A stretch of DNA of 64,000 nucleotides from an uncultured virus (IMG/VR IMGVR_UViG_3300032676_000987). Its lineage: Duplodnaviria > Heunggongvirae > Uroviricota > Caudoviricetes. Position numbers and translations under genes: made by a program. Position 1 is the stretch's first letter. Each line of letters starts with the position of its first letter. The stretch lies in the IMG/VR virus record IMGVR_UViG_3300032676_000987; one strand, written 5' to 3'. The notes under the pieces were generated by a model. It was not told the origin of the DNA, ran no database searches, and saw only the letters and a list, made by a program, of their open reading frames with translations. Shown one piece after another: positions 37,476 through 46,849 of the stretch.

Positions 37476-39746
37476 ATGCGAGTAACAGAATTCATCGCTG
37501 AGGGCTACAAAGAAGTAGCGCAGAAATATATTAACTCAGGAGTACCTGCAGAGGATGTACAAAGAGCCATCGCCGCCTTTAAGGAACTCGTCAACAAAAA
37601 TCAAGTTAGTGGCACTGAGCGAAATATTGACTGGTGGGGAAAGAAGTCCTTTAGTGAGTTTACGCAGTTTGTAAATTCTATCGATCCATCAAGAACAAAA
37701 AGACAACTAAAGCGCGGAAAGATTCCTGGAAAAAGTATTACATTGGTTGACAATGACAAGTGGCTTGTCATTGTTCCTCTAGATAAAGATGCAAGTTGTT
37801 TCTATGGTAAAAATACTGATTGGTGCACAGCCAAACGTGCTCCAGGTCATTTTGAACAACACTTCTATCAAGATGAATCTATTTTAATATATTGTATCAA
37901 TAAACAGTCCGGCGCCAAGTGGGCAATCGCGTCACACACGGTAACCAACCTAATGCCTTCTGACAACACTATGCGAGGATCAGAATACGACGGGGATACT
38001 CAATATTTTGATGCAGAGGATGACGAAATTTCTCACAGTTCATTTGCAGCAGAAACTAAGTTATCTTCAGAAAAATTACTCAACCTAGCTTTACAAAAAA
38101 AGGATAAAATTGAATTAGCTAGAGTACCGCACTCTAGCGCAGTAACTCGCGTAAAGGATTGGTTATACGGCCCGAGAAGCTACGTGGATCGTGATTTATC
38201 TATAGAAAAGGATCTACTTTTTATCAATAATACCAAATATACATATGATTATATCTCAGAACTAGTTAGTAATAATGTAGATGTATCTAAAATACCGGAT
38301 CGATTATTAGTAGATGCAGCAGTATATAGTCCTTCTGTATTGAGATGCATGAACCCTCAACCAAATGAAAAGGTATTAAGAGATATTGTAATTGAAGTTC
38401 CGGACGCAATTCAGGTCATCAAGAATCCTTCACTGGAAGTACAAAAAATAGCAGTCACCGAATATCCTGCTGCTATTCTACTTATTAAAAATCCAAATCC
38501 TAATACAGTTAAGCTAGCAATTACCCTTGATCCTAAATTAGAGAAGGCACTAGTCAAAGATAATTCTACAAGTGAATTAGACGAAGACTGGAAATCAGCC
38601 GCTAAAGGTATGGGCGTAGCTGCAGGATTAGCTTTGGGTATGCACGGTATGCCCAACAAGACAGTAGAACCAGTTACGCCACACATGCCGGTATCACATC
38701 AGGTGCAATTACCTAAGGTTGATCCTGCTGTAGTAAAGCAAACGCTGTCCGGGTTAACTAACCCATATGGTGTAGCACTTAGACGAGCAGCACAGGCAGC
38801 TGGCATCACCGGAACCGAACTTGCGCAGTTTCTGGCACAATGCGCACATGAGACACAAAATTTTTCGTCACTAAAAGAGTTTGGCGGAAAATTAGATTTT
38901 AAGAAATATGATCCTAAATATAATCCAGAAAAAGCAAAGCTATTGGGTAACACACATCCAGGAGATGGTGCACGATATCACGGGCGAGGATTCATTCAAT
39001 TAACAGGTAGAGAAAATTACCGTAAGGTAGGAAAAGCCTTAGGTTTACCATTAGAGCAGCAACCTGAACTTGTTGAACGACCAAACGTTGCAGCCAGGGT
39101 TGCTGTTTGGTTTTGGCAAAACAGAGTTGCACCTAAGGTTACTAATTTCAACAATACTCAGGCTGCGACTAAACCAATTAACGCAGGGCTGCATGGTCTT
39201 GAAGATAGAGTAAACAAATTTAATGCTATTATGCAAGTAATAGCTAATAATCATAGATCAACACCTTCGCCAGTAAACGAGTATAAAGTTGATAACGACA
39301 TAAATGGTGAAGGTCTTGGTGCTACTGGATACAATGCGAATGTAGCGTACAGAGGAATGCGTGTTCTTATGCGTCCTAGCACATTCTTATCTTTGGCACT
39401 ACCTTTAGATAAACCAGTATCAGTAGAGCATATAAAACAACATATGCAGGCCGGCGGAGCATTAGGTTCACCATTTTTAATTTTTGATTTTCCCGTTGAA
39501 TGGGAAGACGGTGATTTCAGCGAGTCAGCTAGAATAGTAGGACACGAAGGTCGTAACCGTATATTGGCTATTCAAGATTTAGAAGGTGACGATCCGGTAG
39601 AGGTTCATATGTTTGGATTAGGTGAACTTCGTGCTAGACATTTAACTCCTGAAATCGTGAAGCATCTTCAAACAGGGATGCTTAATCAAAATAAAAGCAA
39701 GTTAATTACTCCTATTAAGGGTGATGTTCTTTTTAAAAGAATATAA
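37476..39746 (+). CDS. Multidomain protein: WCT domain, helical repeats, GH19 lysozyme and ParB-like domain
   Basis: MRVTEFIAE; ASCFYGKNTDWCTA; IKNPS.EVQ repeats; AQFLAQCAHET, GRGFIQLTGRENY, AVWFW; GHEGRNR. Confidence 0.75.
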   Translation: MRVTEFIAEGYKEVAQKYINSGVPAEDVQRAIAAFKELVNKNQVSGTERNIDWWGKKSFSEFTQFVNSIDPSRTKRQLKRGKIPGKSITLVDNDKWLVIVPLDKDASCFYGKNTDWCTAKRAPGHFEQHFYQDESILIYCINKQSGAKWAIASHTVTNLMPSDNTMRGSEYDGDTQYFDAEDDEISHSSFAAETKLSSEKLLNLALQKKDKIELARVPHSSAVTRVKDWLYGPRSYVDRDLSIEKDLLFINNTKYTYDYISELVSNNVDVSKIPDRLLVDAAVYSPSVLRCMNPQPNEKVLRDIVIEVPDAIQVIKNPSLEVQKIAVTEYPAAILLIKNPNPNTVKLAITLDPKLEKALVKDNSTSELDEDWKSAAKGMGVAAGLALGMHGMPNKTVEPVTPHMPVSHQVQLPKVDPAVVKQTLSGLTNPYGVALRRAAQAAGITGTELAQFLAQCAHETQNFSSLKEFGGKLDFKKYDPKYNPEKAKLLGNTHPGDGARYHGRGFIQLTGRENYRKVGKALGLPLEQQPELVERPNVAARVAVWFWQNRVAPKVTNFNNTQAATKPINAGLHGLEDRVNKFNAIMQVIANNHRSTPSPVNEYKVDNDINGEGLGATGYNANVAYRGMRVLMRPSTFLSLALPLDKPVSVEHIKQHMQAGGALGSPFLIFDFPVEWEDGDFSESARIVGHEGRNRILAIQDLEGDDPVEVHMFGLGELRARHLTPEIVKHLQTGMLNQNKSKLITPIKGDVLFKRI

Positions 39747-39755
39747 TAATTTCGG

Positions 39756-39784
39756 TTGACACTCTGAATGATGGACAGTAGTAT
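39756..39784 (+). promoter_or_regulatory. Sigma70-type early promoter
   Basis: TTGACA-17-TAGTAT. Confidence 0.7.
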
Positions 39785-39814
39785 GTCTTCATTCAAACAG
39801 AGGACTACACCACT

Positions 39815-40093
39815 ATGAACATCTACGACGATTTCCAAAATGAAGTTGACTCGGTCTCGGATCCTGATCAAGATCAGGTCCCCCACATCGTCATGCAGTT
39901 CAAGAAGGTTCTTGATCTGAAGGGCAACTATCCGATTGTTTTTAAGGATGGCACTAAGGCGGTTGTTCCCACTCATATCATCACTCAATTCATGAGCAAG
40001 TTCTCTCGCCTTAAGCCCATGGATCGCGAGCGTCTGCAAGACATCGCTATTCGCAGCAAGGACGATTTCGCTAAGGTCCTGCAGTCGCTGTAA
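39815..40093 (+). CDS. Hypothetical early protein (monocistronic)
   Basis: GAGGA RBS; own promoter and terminator; many C-ending codons. Confidence 0.75.
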   Translation: MNIYDDFQNEVDSVSDPDQDQVPHIVMQFKKVLDLKGNYPIVFKDGTKAVVPTHIITQFMSKFSRLKPMDRERLQDIAIRSKDDFAKVLQSL

Positions 40094-40112
40094 TATATAC
40101 AGCGATTTTTTT
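40085..40112 (+). terminator. Intrinsic terminator
   Basis: TCGCTGTA-ATATA-TACAGCGA followed by a T7 tract. Confidence 0.75.
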
Positions 40113-40185
40113 ACCCATTTTGACTAAATACTAATGTGTCATAGTACAGTTGTGCTATGGCATGTTCGTGTTTAAAGAGATAGAG

Positions 40186-40467
40186 ATGGGAAATTTCCTA
40201 AAACTTATTGCTGATGTTGGTTTTCCTATTGCGGCCGCAATGGGTGCAGGATACTTCGTATTCCTAACACTGAAATTCATACTTGCCGGCGTCACCGGTA
40301 GTATCAAAGGTATGGCTGGCATCATCACGGCGCTTGACAATCGTGTAAAAACCATGAATCATGATGTTATTCGTATTGACACTATGGTTTCTAACGCTTT
40401 AGGGCTAGAACCAGATATAGATAGAATAGCCCGCGCCGATGGTAAAACAGATGCACGGAGAGATTAA
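40186..40467 (+). CDS. Small membrane protein (GFPI motif)
   Basis: VGFPIAAAMGAGYFVF TM helix followed by a coiled coil; paralog of the next gene. Confidence 0.65.
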   Translation: MGNFLKLIADVGFPIAAAMGAGYFVFLTLKFILAGVTGSIKGMAGIITALDNRVKTMNHDVIRIDTMVSNALGLEPDIDRIARADGKTDARRD

Positions 40468-40775
40468 TGGGATCTGACTTAGCTGATCTAGTAAACAAGT
40501 ACGGTTTTCCGATCATAGCAGCGGTCGGTATGGGATATCTCATATTCTATGTATGGGAGTGGGCTACTAAAGAAGTTAAACCAGTGCTGGGCGAAGCTAA
40601 TACAACTTTGATCGCACTTATAGACCGTATTAGAATGCTAGATAATGATCTAATTAGACTAAACCAAAAAGTCAAAACAGTGTTGCATTTACGCGGCAAG
40701 ACAATCGAGTATGGAAGAGTAGAAGCAGAAAAAGCAATTAACCAGTTAAGCAGGTCTGATCACAGGACCGACTAA
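40467..40775 (+). CDS. Small membrane protein (GFPI motif)
   Basis: YGFPIIAAVGMGYLIF; L.DRIRMLDNDLIR aligns with LDNRVKTMNHDVIR of the upstream gene. Confidence 0.65.
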   Translation: MGSDLADLVNKYGFPIIAAVGMGYLIFYVWEWATKEVKPVLGEANTTLIALIDRIRMLDNDLIRLNQKVKTVLHLRGKTIEYGRVEAEKAINQLSRSDHRTD

Positions 40776-40825
40776 GATAAGAAAGCTGCTGATAGTGATA
40801 GTTAGTATATTTGGAGATATGTATT

Positions 40826-41275
40826 ATGAAGAAGATCATACTACTTTCTCTGTTTGCATCGTGCTTGAGTAGTTCGGCATTTGCTTCGGAGTTAGTTCAA
40901 CAATTTAAAGATCCTATATTTAATGGGGTCAGCTATGGCACGTTTGCTACTTCTACATATCAACAAGAAGAATCAGCTAAACAAACTATAGCTACCGCAA
41001 AACAAAATTCTATAATAGCTCAACAAAATGCTGCTGCCAGTACTCCAACCGCAAAATTTATAGCTTTGTTCACAAGCCAAGTATATTCTCAATTGGCTAC
41101 ACAGCTATCAAATAATCTATTCTCTGGAACTAGTTCTTCTAATTCCGGAATGTTTAATTTGTCTGGTGATACAATATCATATGTTAAATCTGGAACCAGT
41201 GTAACACTTACAGTTGTAGATACAAATGGAAATCAAACTATAGTTACTGTTCCAATAGCAACGTTTGCATTCTGA
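40826..41275 (+). CDS. csgF: Curli assembly CsgF-like protein
   Basis: Signal peptide ending AFA, then ELVQQFKDPIFNG (CsgF N-terminal F.NP.F.G pattern); SQ.YSQL; adjacent to csgG. Confidence 0.7.
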   Translation: MKKIILLSLFASCLSSSAFASELVQQFKDPIFNGVSYGTFATSTYQQEESAKQTIATAKQNSIIAQQNAAASTPTAKFIALFTSQVYSQLATQLSNNLFSGTSSSNSGMFNLSGDTISYVKSGTSVTLTVVDTNGNQTIVTVPIATFAF

Positions 41276-42096
41276 TGAAGAGAATAATTATAGTTCCATT
41301 TCTTTGTGTATTTCTATCTGGCTGTTTAGGTGGATCTATTCCGGCATTAAACCAGTCTTTTCTTCAAAAAGATTCACCAAAGATAACTCATACAGCTCAA
41401 CCGCATATATTTGATAATATTCCAGAATTAGATGGTACACCTATTCCAATTGCGGTATATTCATTTATTGATAAAACTGGTCAAAGAAAACCTTCTCAAA
41501 CTGTAAGTTCATTTTCTACCGCAGTAACTCAGGGAGCAGATGCTTACGTTGTAAAAGCACTTTATGAAGCTGGAAATGGGAAATGGTTTAAGCCAGTTGA
41601 AAGAGTAGGATTAGATGATTTAGTAAAAGAGCGCCAACTTATTCGTCAAATGAGAGAGCAAGAACAAGGCGATAAGGCTCAAGCTCTTCCTCCACTTTTA
41701 GTTGCAGGAGTATTGCTAGAAGGCGCAATTATAGATTATAATTCTTCTATAAAAACTGGAGGAAATGGTGCTAGATATCTTGGTATTGGACCAAACACGC
41801 AGTATATCCAAGATCAAGTAACAATTAATATGAGATTGGTGTCTGTACAGACTGGAGAAGTACTTACTTCAGTATCTGTAGAAAAGAATCTATTGTCTAC
41901 TTCTGAAGGCATTAGCGCATTTACTTTCTTTAATCAGGGAACTAATGCTTTTGAAATAGATTCACAACAAACTAAGAATGAGCCGGAAAATTATGCTATT
42001 CGATCTGCCATAGAAACAGGTGTTGTTGAATTAATAAAGAGTGGTGAAAAAATAGGGCTATGGCATTATAAAACCACACAGGAGAAACACAAATGA
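41275..42096 (+). CDS. csgG: Curli secretion channel CsgG/HfaB-like lipoprotein
   Basis: Lipobox LSGC; IAVYSF.DKTGQRK, FSTAVTQG, WF.PVER.GLD.L.KERQLIR, EGAII.Y, GARYLGIG. Confidence 0.9.
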   Translation: MKRIIIVPFLCVFLSGCLGGSIPALNQSFLQKDSPKITHTAQPHIFDNIPELDGTPIPIAVYSFIDKTGQRKPSQTVSSFSTAVTQGADAYVVKALYEAGNGKWFKPVERVGLDDLVKERQLIRQMREQEQGDKAQALPPLLVAGVLLEGAIIDYNSSIKTGGNGARYLGIGPNTQYIQDQVTINMRLVSVQTGEVLTSVSVEKNLLSTSEGISAFTFFNQGTNAFEIDSQQTKNEPENYAIRSAIETGVVELIKSGEKIGLWHYKTTQEKHK

Positions 42097-42899
42097 AACT
42101 ATTAAAAACACTAGCAATAATGGCGATGCTATTTACTACACCAGCATTAGCTCAAACTGCATCGCCAACTGGTCCCGCAACTCCAGCAACTGCGGCATTA
42201 CCTGGTGCGCCATCAGCACCATCTATTATAGCAACTTCACCAAATCAAAATAATGCTGATAGTATGTCAACGACAAATGATGTTTATATTAATCAATCTG
42301 GTGATAATGTTAATATTAATATTAAACAAACTGGCCAGACAAATATCTTTGGTACTTTTACAGATCCTGTATATTTGAGAGGAGCTAACCAATCTATTAT
42401 TGGTATTCAAACTGGTAATAATAATGAAGCCCTAATCTCAGTTGTATCTGGTACTGCTGGAACAGATAATGCTTCATTATCTCTTCAACAAATTGGAAAT
42501 AGCAACTATGCTCTAATTCGTTGTGGAAGTAGTTTAGGCGACGCGAGTTGTACCGGTCTAAACTTTAATGCTAGATTTACAGGTGATAGTAATTCTCTAA
42601 ATTATCATGGTGCAGGTGCTAATATTACAACTACCCTTGATATTACTGGTGGAAATAACTCATTAACAATGTCTGCAATTTCACCAAATGCTTCTCAAAC
42701 AATCTTAGTATCTGGTGATTACAATACTTTAAATACTACACAAACAGACCTTGGTGGCACATATGGGCACAGTCTATATGTAAATCTAACAGGAACTGGA
42801 AATGCTATTACTACACAACAATATGGAGCTACTGAAACTGTTATTAATGTGACAAGTGTTGGAAATAATGGTAACATTAACATTAAGACTGGCCACTAG
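42093..42899 (+). CDS. Secreted curlin-repeat-like beta-solenoid protein
   Basis: Signal peptide; repeated Q/x-x-G-x-x-N motifs (QSGDN, QTGQTN, QTGNNN, QIGNSN, TGDSN, TGGNN, SGDYN, TGTGN). Confidence 0.65.
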   Translation: MKLLKTLAIMAMLFTTPALAQTASPTGPATPATAALPGAPSAPSIIATSPNQNNADSMSTTNDVYINQSGDNVNINIKQTGQTNIFGTFTDPVYLRGANQSIIGIQTGNNNEALISVVSGTAGTDNASLSLQQIGNSNYALIRCGSSLGDASCTGLNFNARFTGDSNSLNYHGAGANITTTLDITGGNNSLTMSAISPNASQTILVSGDYNTLNTTQTDLGGTYGHSLYVNLTGTGNAITTQQYGATETVINVTSVGNNGNINIKTGH

Positions 42900-44007
42900 T
42901 TTTTTTCTTCTGTTAGCTACTCCAGCTTTTGCTAGTATTGGTGCAATAACAGATTTTAAAGGCGGCGGACAAATAAAACGTTCATCTTCTACTATACCGG
43001 CAAATAAAAGTTCAGGTATAGAGAAGATGGACACCATCATAACTAATAGTCAGGGTAAGTTTGGAATTACATTTAATGATCAGACTAAAGTTAACATTAC
43101 TGAAAATAGTAAATTAGTCATTGATGATTTTGTATATGATGATAATGAGAAATCTAAAGGAAAACTTGGACTTAAAGTAGCTTTAGGAACAGTACGATAT
43201 ACCTCCGGAGCAATTGCTCACAACAATCCAAATTCAGTAGATATTAGAACTCCAACTGCCACCATAGCTGTTCGTGGAACAGATTTCCTTATGTCTGTAG
43301 ATGAAGTAGGAAGAACTACAGTAATTTTAGTTCCAGAATGCTTTATGAATAATGGTGAGATTAGAATGGATAAAGAATGTGAAACTGGAGCTATTGAAGT
43401 AGCTACTGCTGCTGGAGTAGTTAAAATGGATAAACCATTCCAGGCTACAGTCGTAGAAACATCTTCTGGTCCCCCAAGCACTCCATCAGTAATTAGTATG
43501 GAAGGAAGATCGGCAGATAATAATATTCAACTTTCAACTCCTTCTCTTGAAGGAGGAGCTAATCTATTAACACAAGCTAGAAAAGATATTAAGAATAAAG
43601 TAAATCCAGCTGGGGCGGCCGCAGACAATAACCAAGATCCTAATACTGGAACGGATGATTTAAATCAAGTGTTTGCTGCTCTTCAAAGAACTCCAACTCC
43701 GTCAGAATTATTACAAGTATATGAAGAATATAATTCTGATGCTCCATTAAAACAGACTTTATATACAGATATTTCTCCACTTTTGAAAAAACAAATTCAA
43801 ATTGGTTGGGCATATTCTTTATTATCTCAAGCTAAACTAGAAGTTGTTACTGTGGTTTTACCAAAAGCAACTGGTGTAGATATTACAACAATACAAGACG
43901 GATCTTATGATTATTATAACTTCTCTGAGCAGAAATGGCCAACATCAGGAACCGGTAGACCAAATGGTCATATAACTATAATTCAAACTAATATAGCAAA
44001 TAAATAA
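42856..44007 (+). CDS. FecR-domain periplasmic protein
   Basis: Signal-like N-terminus; I.F.D.T.V.I.ENS.LVID.FVYD, TPTATIAVRGTDF, G.IEV; start may be ATG 42868. Confidence 0.8.
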   Translation: MLEIMVTLTLRLATSFFLLLATPAFASIGAITDFKGGGQIKRSSSTIPANKSSGIEKMDTIITNSQGKFGITFNDQTKVNITENSKLVIDDFVYDDNEKSKGKLGLKVALGTVRYTSGAIAHNNPNSVDIRTPTATIAVRGTDFLMSVDEVGRTTVILVPECFMNNGEIRMDKECETGAIEVATAAGVVKMDKPFQATVVETSSGPPSTPSVISMEGRSADNNIQLSTPSLEGGANLLTQARKDIKNKVNPAGAAADNNQDPNTGTDDLNQVFAALQRTPTPSELLQVYEEYNSDAPLKQTLYTDISPLLKKQIQIGWAYSLLSQAKLEVVTVVLPKATGVDITTIQDGSYDYYNFSEQKWPTSGTGRPNGHITIIQTNIANK

Positions 44008-44026
44008 TTAAAACGGGGATTATACT

Positions 44027-46063
44027 ATGAAAAAGATTCTTCTATCGCCTTGGCTTGCGATTATTACTTTTGCTCTATTACTTACTATTAAAATATCCAA
44101 TCCATTTTTGGTAGATGCAATCAAATTAAAATACTATGATTATCTTATGCGTGGTCCAGCAAAACAGTCTGAACAGATTGTAATTGCAAATATATCAGAT
44201 AAGACTATAGAGAAATATGGACAATATCCTTTTCCAAGAGAAACTTATTCTAAAATAATCAACGATTTGTATTTACATCGTGTTGGTGTAATTGGAAATA
44301 CAATAATCTTTTCTGAACCAGATAGATTTAATACAGACAAAAATCTTACTGCTACTTTAAAACAGCATCCAATAATTTTATCTCAGACACTATCGACGCA
44401 ATCTAAGCCAAATCAAAATATTCGTAAAACTGGTGTGGCTATAATTGGAGATGGTAAAACTACACAGTTTTTGCCAAATTATCCTTCAGTTCTTAATAAT
44501 ATTTCAGAATTTCAAGATGCTGCTGTTGGTATTGGTGTAACTTCTACTTTACCGGAATCTGATGGTGTTGTTCGCCGTGTACCTTTATTATCAATGTCTC
44601 AAGGTGAATACTATCCATCTTTTTCTATGGAAATGTTAAGAGCAATTTCCGGTGATCCATCTTATCAAGCTAAGATTAACGAGACTGGTGTGGAAGCTTT
44701 AAGAATTCCATCATTCAATACTATTAAAACAGATGAGTACTCTAGAGTATTTGTGAACTGGAACTATAAGTTTACTCAATTTGATATTGGAGACAAAACT
44801 CCAGATTTGCTTAATAAAATTGTAATTCTTGGTGTAACTGCTTCAGGTGTGGCCAATCCAGTAGCTACTCCAGTTGGTGCACAATTTCCACAAGCAGTTC
44901 AAGCTAGTCTTCTTCAAACTCTAATTAATGGAGATACAGTTTCTATTCCAAACTGGGCTGGAATATTGGATTATGCACTTTTAGTAGTATTGGCTCTCGG
45001 AATCATTTTGTTATCTAAAGTAAGATTCTCTGTAGTTTGGATTATAGCTCTTATTGGTGTTTATCTTTACTTCCCCGTTTATATGTTTAATCATAATCAT
45101 ATTCTAATAGATGTAACATTTAATGCACTTATTGCAATGATACTTTATTTGCACATTTATACAATCAAGTTTATCTCAGAATTCTTACAGAAGCAACAAA
45201 TCAAAAAGCAATTTGGAACTTATCTATCTCCAGCTATGGTTGAAAAATTACAAAAGAATCCAGAACTATTACAACTTGGAGGTGATTCTAGAGAACTTTC
45301 TATTATGTTTACAGATGTTCGTGGATTTACTACTATTTCTGAACATTACGGCAAAGATGTTCAAGGTCTTACAAAGATCATGAATCGCTATATGACTGCG
45401 ATGACAAAAGCAATTCTAGAGAACAACGGCACCCTCGATAAGTACATAGGTGATGCTCAGATGGCATTTTGGAATGCACCTCTTAGTAATCAACAACACG
45501 CTAAGGATGCTGTCAAGACGGCGTTTGAGATGATGAAGGCATTAGAGAGATTTAACGATGAGATTACACTGGAAGGAGTCCCGGCTTTTGGAATGGGCCT
45601 CGGTATTAATACTGATACTGTGGTTGTTGGTAATATGGGTAGCACTCAGCGGTTTGACTATACTTGTCTTGGGGACGGCGTCAATCTTGCATCTCGCCTC
45701 GAAGGTCAATCTAAACCGTACGGGGTCAAAATCATCATCGGACCAAAAACTGCCGAATACGTGAGAGATGAATATCAGGTAGTAGAACTTGATCTTATTG
45801 CAGTCAAAGGAAAAACTGAACCGGCTCGCATCTATACTGTCCTATCTTCATATGATGCATCGGGAGAAAAACAACACTTGAGATTCTTGGATAGCTATCG
45901 TAAGGGTGAATGGGACTCTGCTAGAACATATGCTTCTAATATGAAGAAGTTCTGGAGCGGAGAGCTAAACAAGTACTACACGGAAATGATTGACCGTATA
46001 GAGGAATATGCTAAGAATCCACCAGTTAACTGGGATGGAGTGTATAGGGCAACTTCAAAGTAA
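44027..46063 (+). CDS. CHASE2-domain class III adenylate/guanylate cyclase
   Basis: N-terminal TM; GQYPFPR, DGVVRRVPL, KIVILG; three TMs; MFTDVRGFT, DKYIGDA, DYT.LGDGVNLASRLEG, VKGK. Confidence 0.9.
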   Translation: MKKILLSPWLAIITFALLLTIKISNPFLVDAIKLKYYDYLMRGPAKQSEQIVIANISDKTIEKYGQYPFPRETYSKIINDLYLHRVGVIGNTIIFSEPDRFNTDKNLTATLKQHPIILSQTLSTQSKPNQNIRKTGVAIIGDGKTTQFLPNYPSVLNNISEFQDAAVGIGVTSTLPESDGVVRRVPLLSMSQGEYYPSFSMEMLRAISGDPSYQAKINETGVEALRIPSFNTIKTDEYSRVFVNWNYKFTQFDIGDKTPDLLNKIVILGVTASGVANPVATPVGAQFPQAVQASLLQTLINGDTVSIPNWAGILDYALLVVLALGIILLSKVRFSVVWIIALIGVYLYFPVYMFNHNHILIDVTFNALIAMILYLHIYTIKFISEFLQKQQIKKQFGTYLSPAMVEKLQKNPELLQLGGDSRELSIMFTDVRGFTTISEHYGKDVQGLTKIMNRYMTAMTKAILENNGTLDKYIGDAQMAFWNAPLSNQQHAKDAVKTAFEMMKALERFNDEITLEGVPAFGMGLGINTDTVVVGNMGSTQRFDYTCLGDGVNLASRLEGQSKPYGVKIIIGPKTAEYVRDEYQVVELDLIAVKGKTEPARIYTVLSSYDASGEKQHLRFLDSYRKGEWDSARTYASNMKKFWSGELNKYYTEMIDRIEEYAKNPPVNWDGVYRATSK

Positions 46064-46215
46064 CTTACAATATGTTATATGTTTATAGTAGTGTTATACA
46101 TACTAAATATATATCTCAAGCTCCTTAATAGGTTCTTGTGGGTACCAATATAAGACTTACACAGGTACCAATACACTGGCCTTAAAAGCCAGATTAACAA
46201 AAGGAAATACAATCT

Positions 46216-46776
46216 ATGAATAAGTTATTCTTGATCGCAGCACTTGCGGCGGCTGTTGCTACTCCGGCTCTTGCTGAATCTATCACCGGTGAAGTTCGTA
46301 CTATTGATCCGCAACCTGCTAAGATAGCAAACTCAACTGAATATCGTCTAACCTATAGTGAAACTGTTGCCAATATTGCTAATGTCGGCGCCGAGTTCAC
46401 CGGGTCTCAACCGTATCATAACGGTACTCTAAACAGCAAGATCGTGCTGCAAGGCGGCCCTGCACTTCCCACAGTTGCAGGATTTACTCCTGCTGCTTAT
46501 GGTGAGTATGGCCGTTCACTGAACACTAATAAGGACTTTAACTTCTGGGGATACGGTGCTTCTGTTTCGCATGAAGTATACGGCCCGGTATCAGTAAACG
46601 TTGGTTATCGTCATCGTCAAGGACCTAACACTCCTACCTTTACAGAAGATCGTCTTAACGGCGGTGTCGCTTTTGCTATCACCGAAGATAATATTGTAGG
46701 TGTAAATTACTATCGCACTCGTAGCAATAGTGTCACCTCTGACATCTTGGGTGTTAACTATACTCGCAACTTTTAA
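46216..46776 (+). CDS. Outer-membrane beta-barrel protein
   Basis: Sec signal (…AVATPALA); alternating amphipathic strands; C-terminal VNYTRNF with terminal Phe. Confidence 0.7.
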   Translation: MNKLFLIAALAAAVATPALAESITGEVRTIDPQPAKIANSTEYRLTYSETVANIANVGAEFTGSQPYHNGTLNSKIVLQGGPALPTVAGFTPAAYGEYGRSLNTNKDFNFWGYGASVSHEVYGPVSVNVGYRHRQGPNTPTFTEDRLNGGVAFAITEDNIVGVNYYRTRSNSVTSDILGVNYTRNF

Positions 46777-46797
46777 TAAAACTTGAACTGATTAAAG

Positions 46798-46825
46798 TAA
46801 CGGCGGGGAGCAATCTCCGCCGTTA
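46798..46825 (+). terminator. Intrinsic terminator-like hairpin
   Basis: TAACGGCGGGGA-GCAA-TCTCCGCCGTTA. Confidence 0.7.
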
Positions 46826-46849
46826 TTCATATGTAAGATAAATATATTC

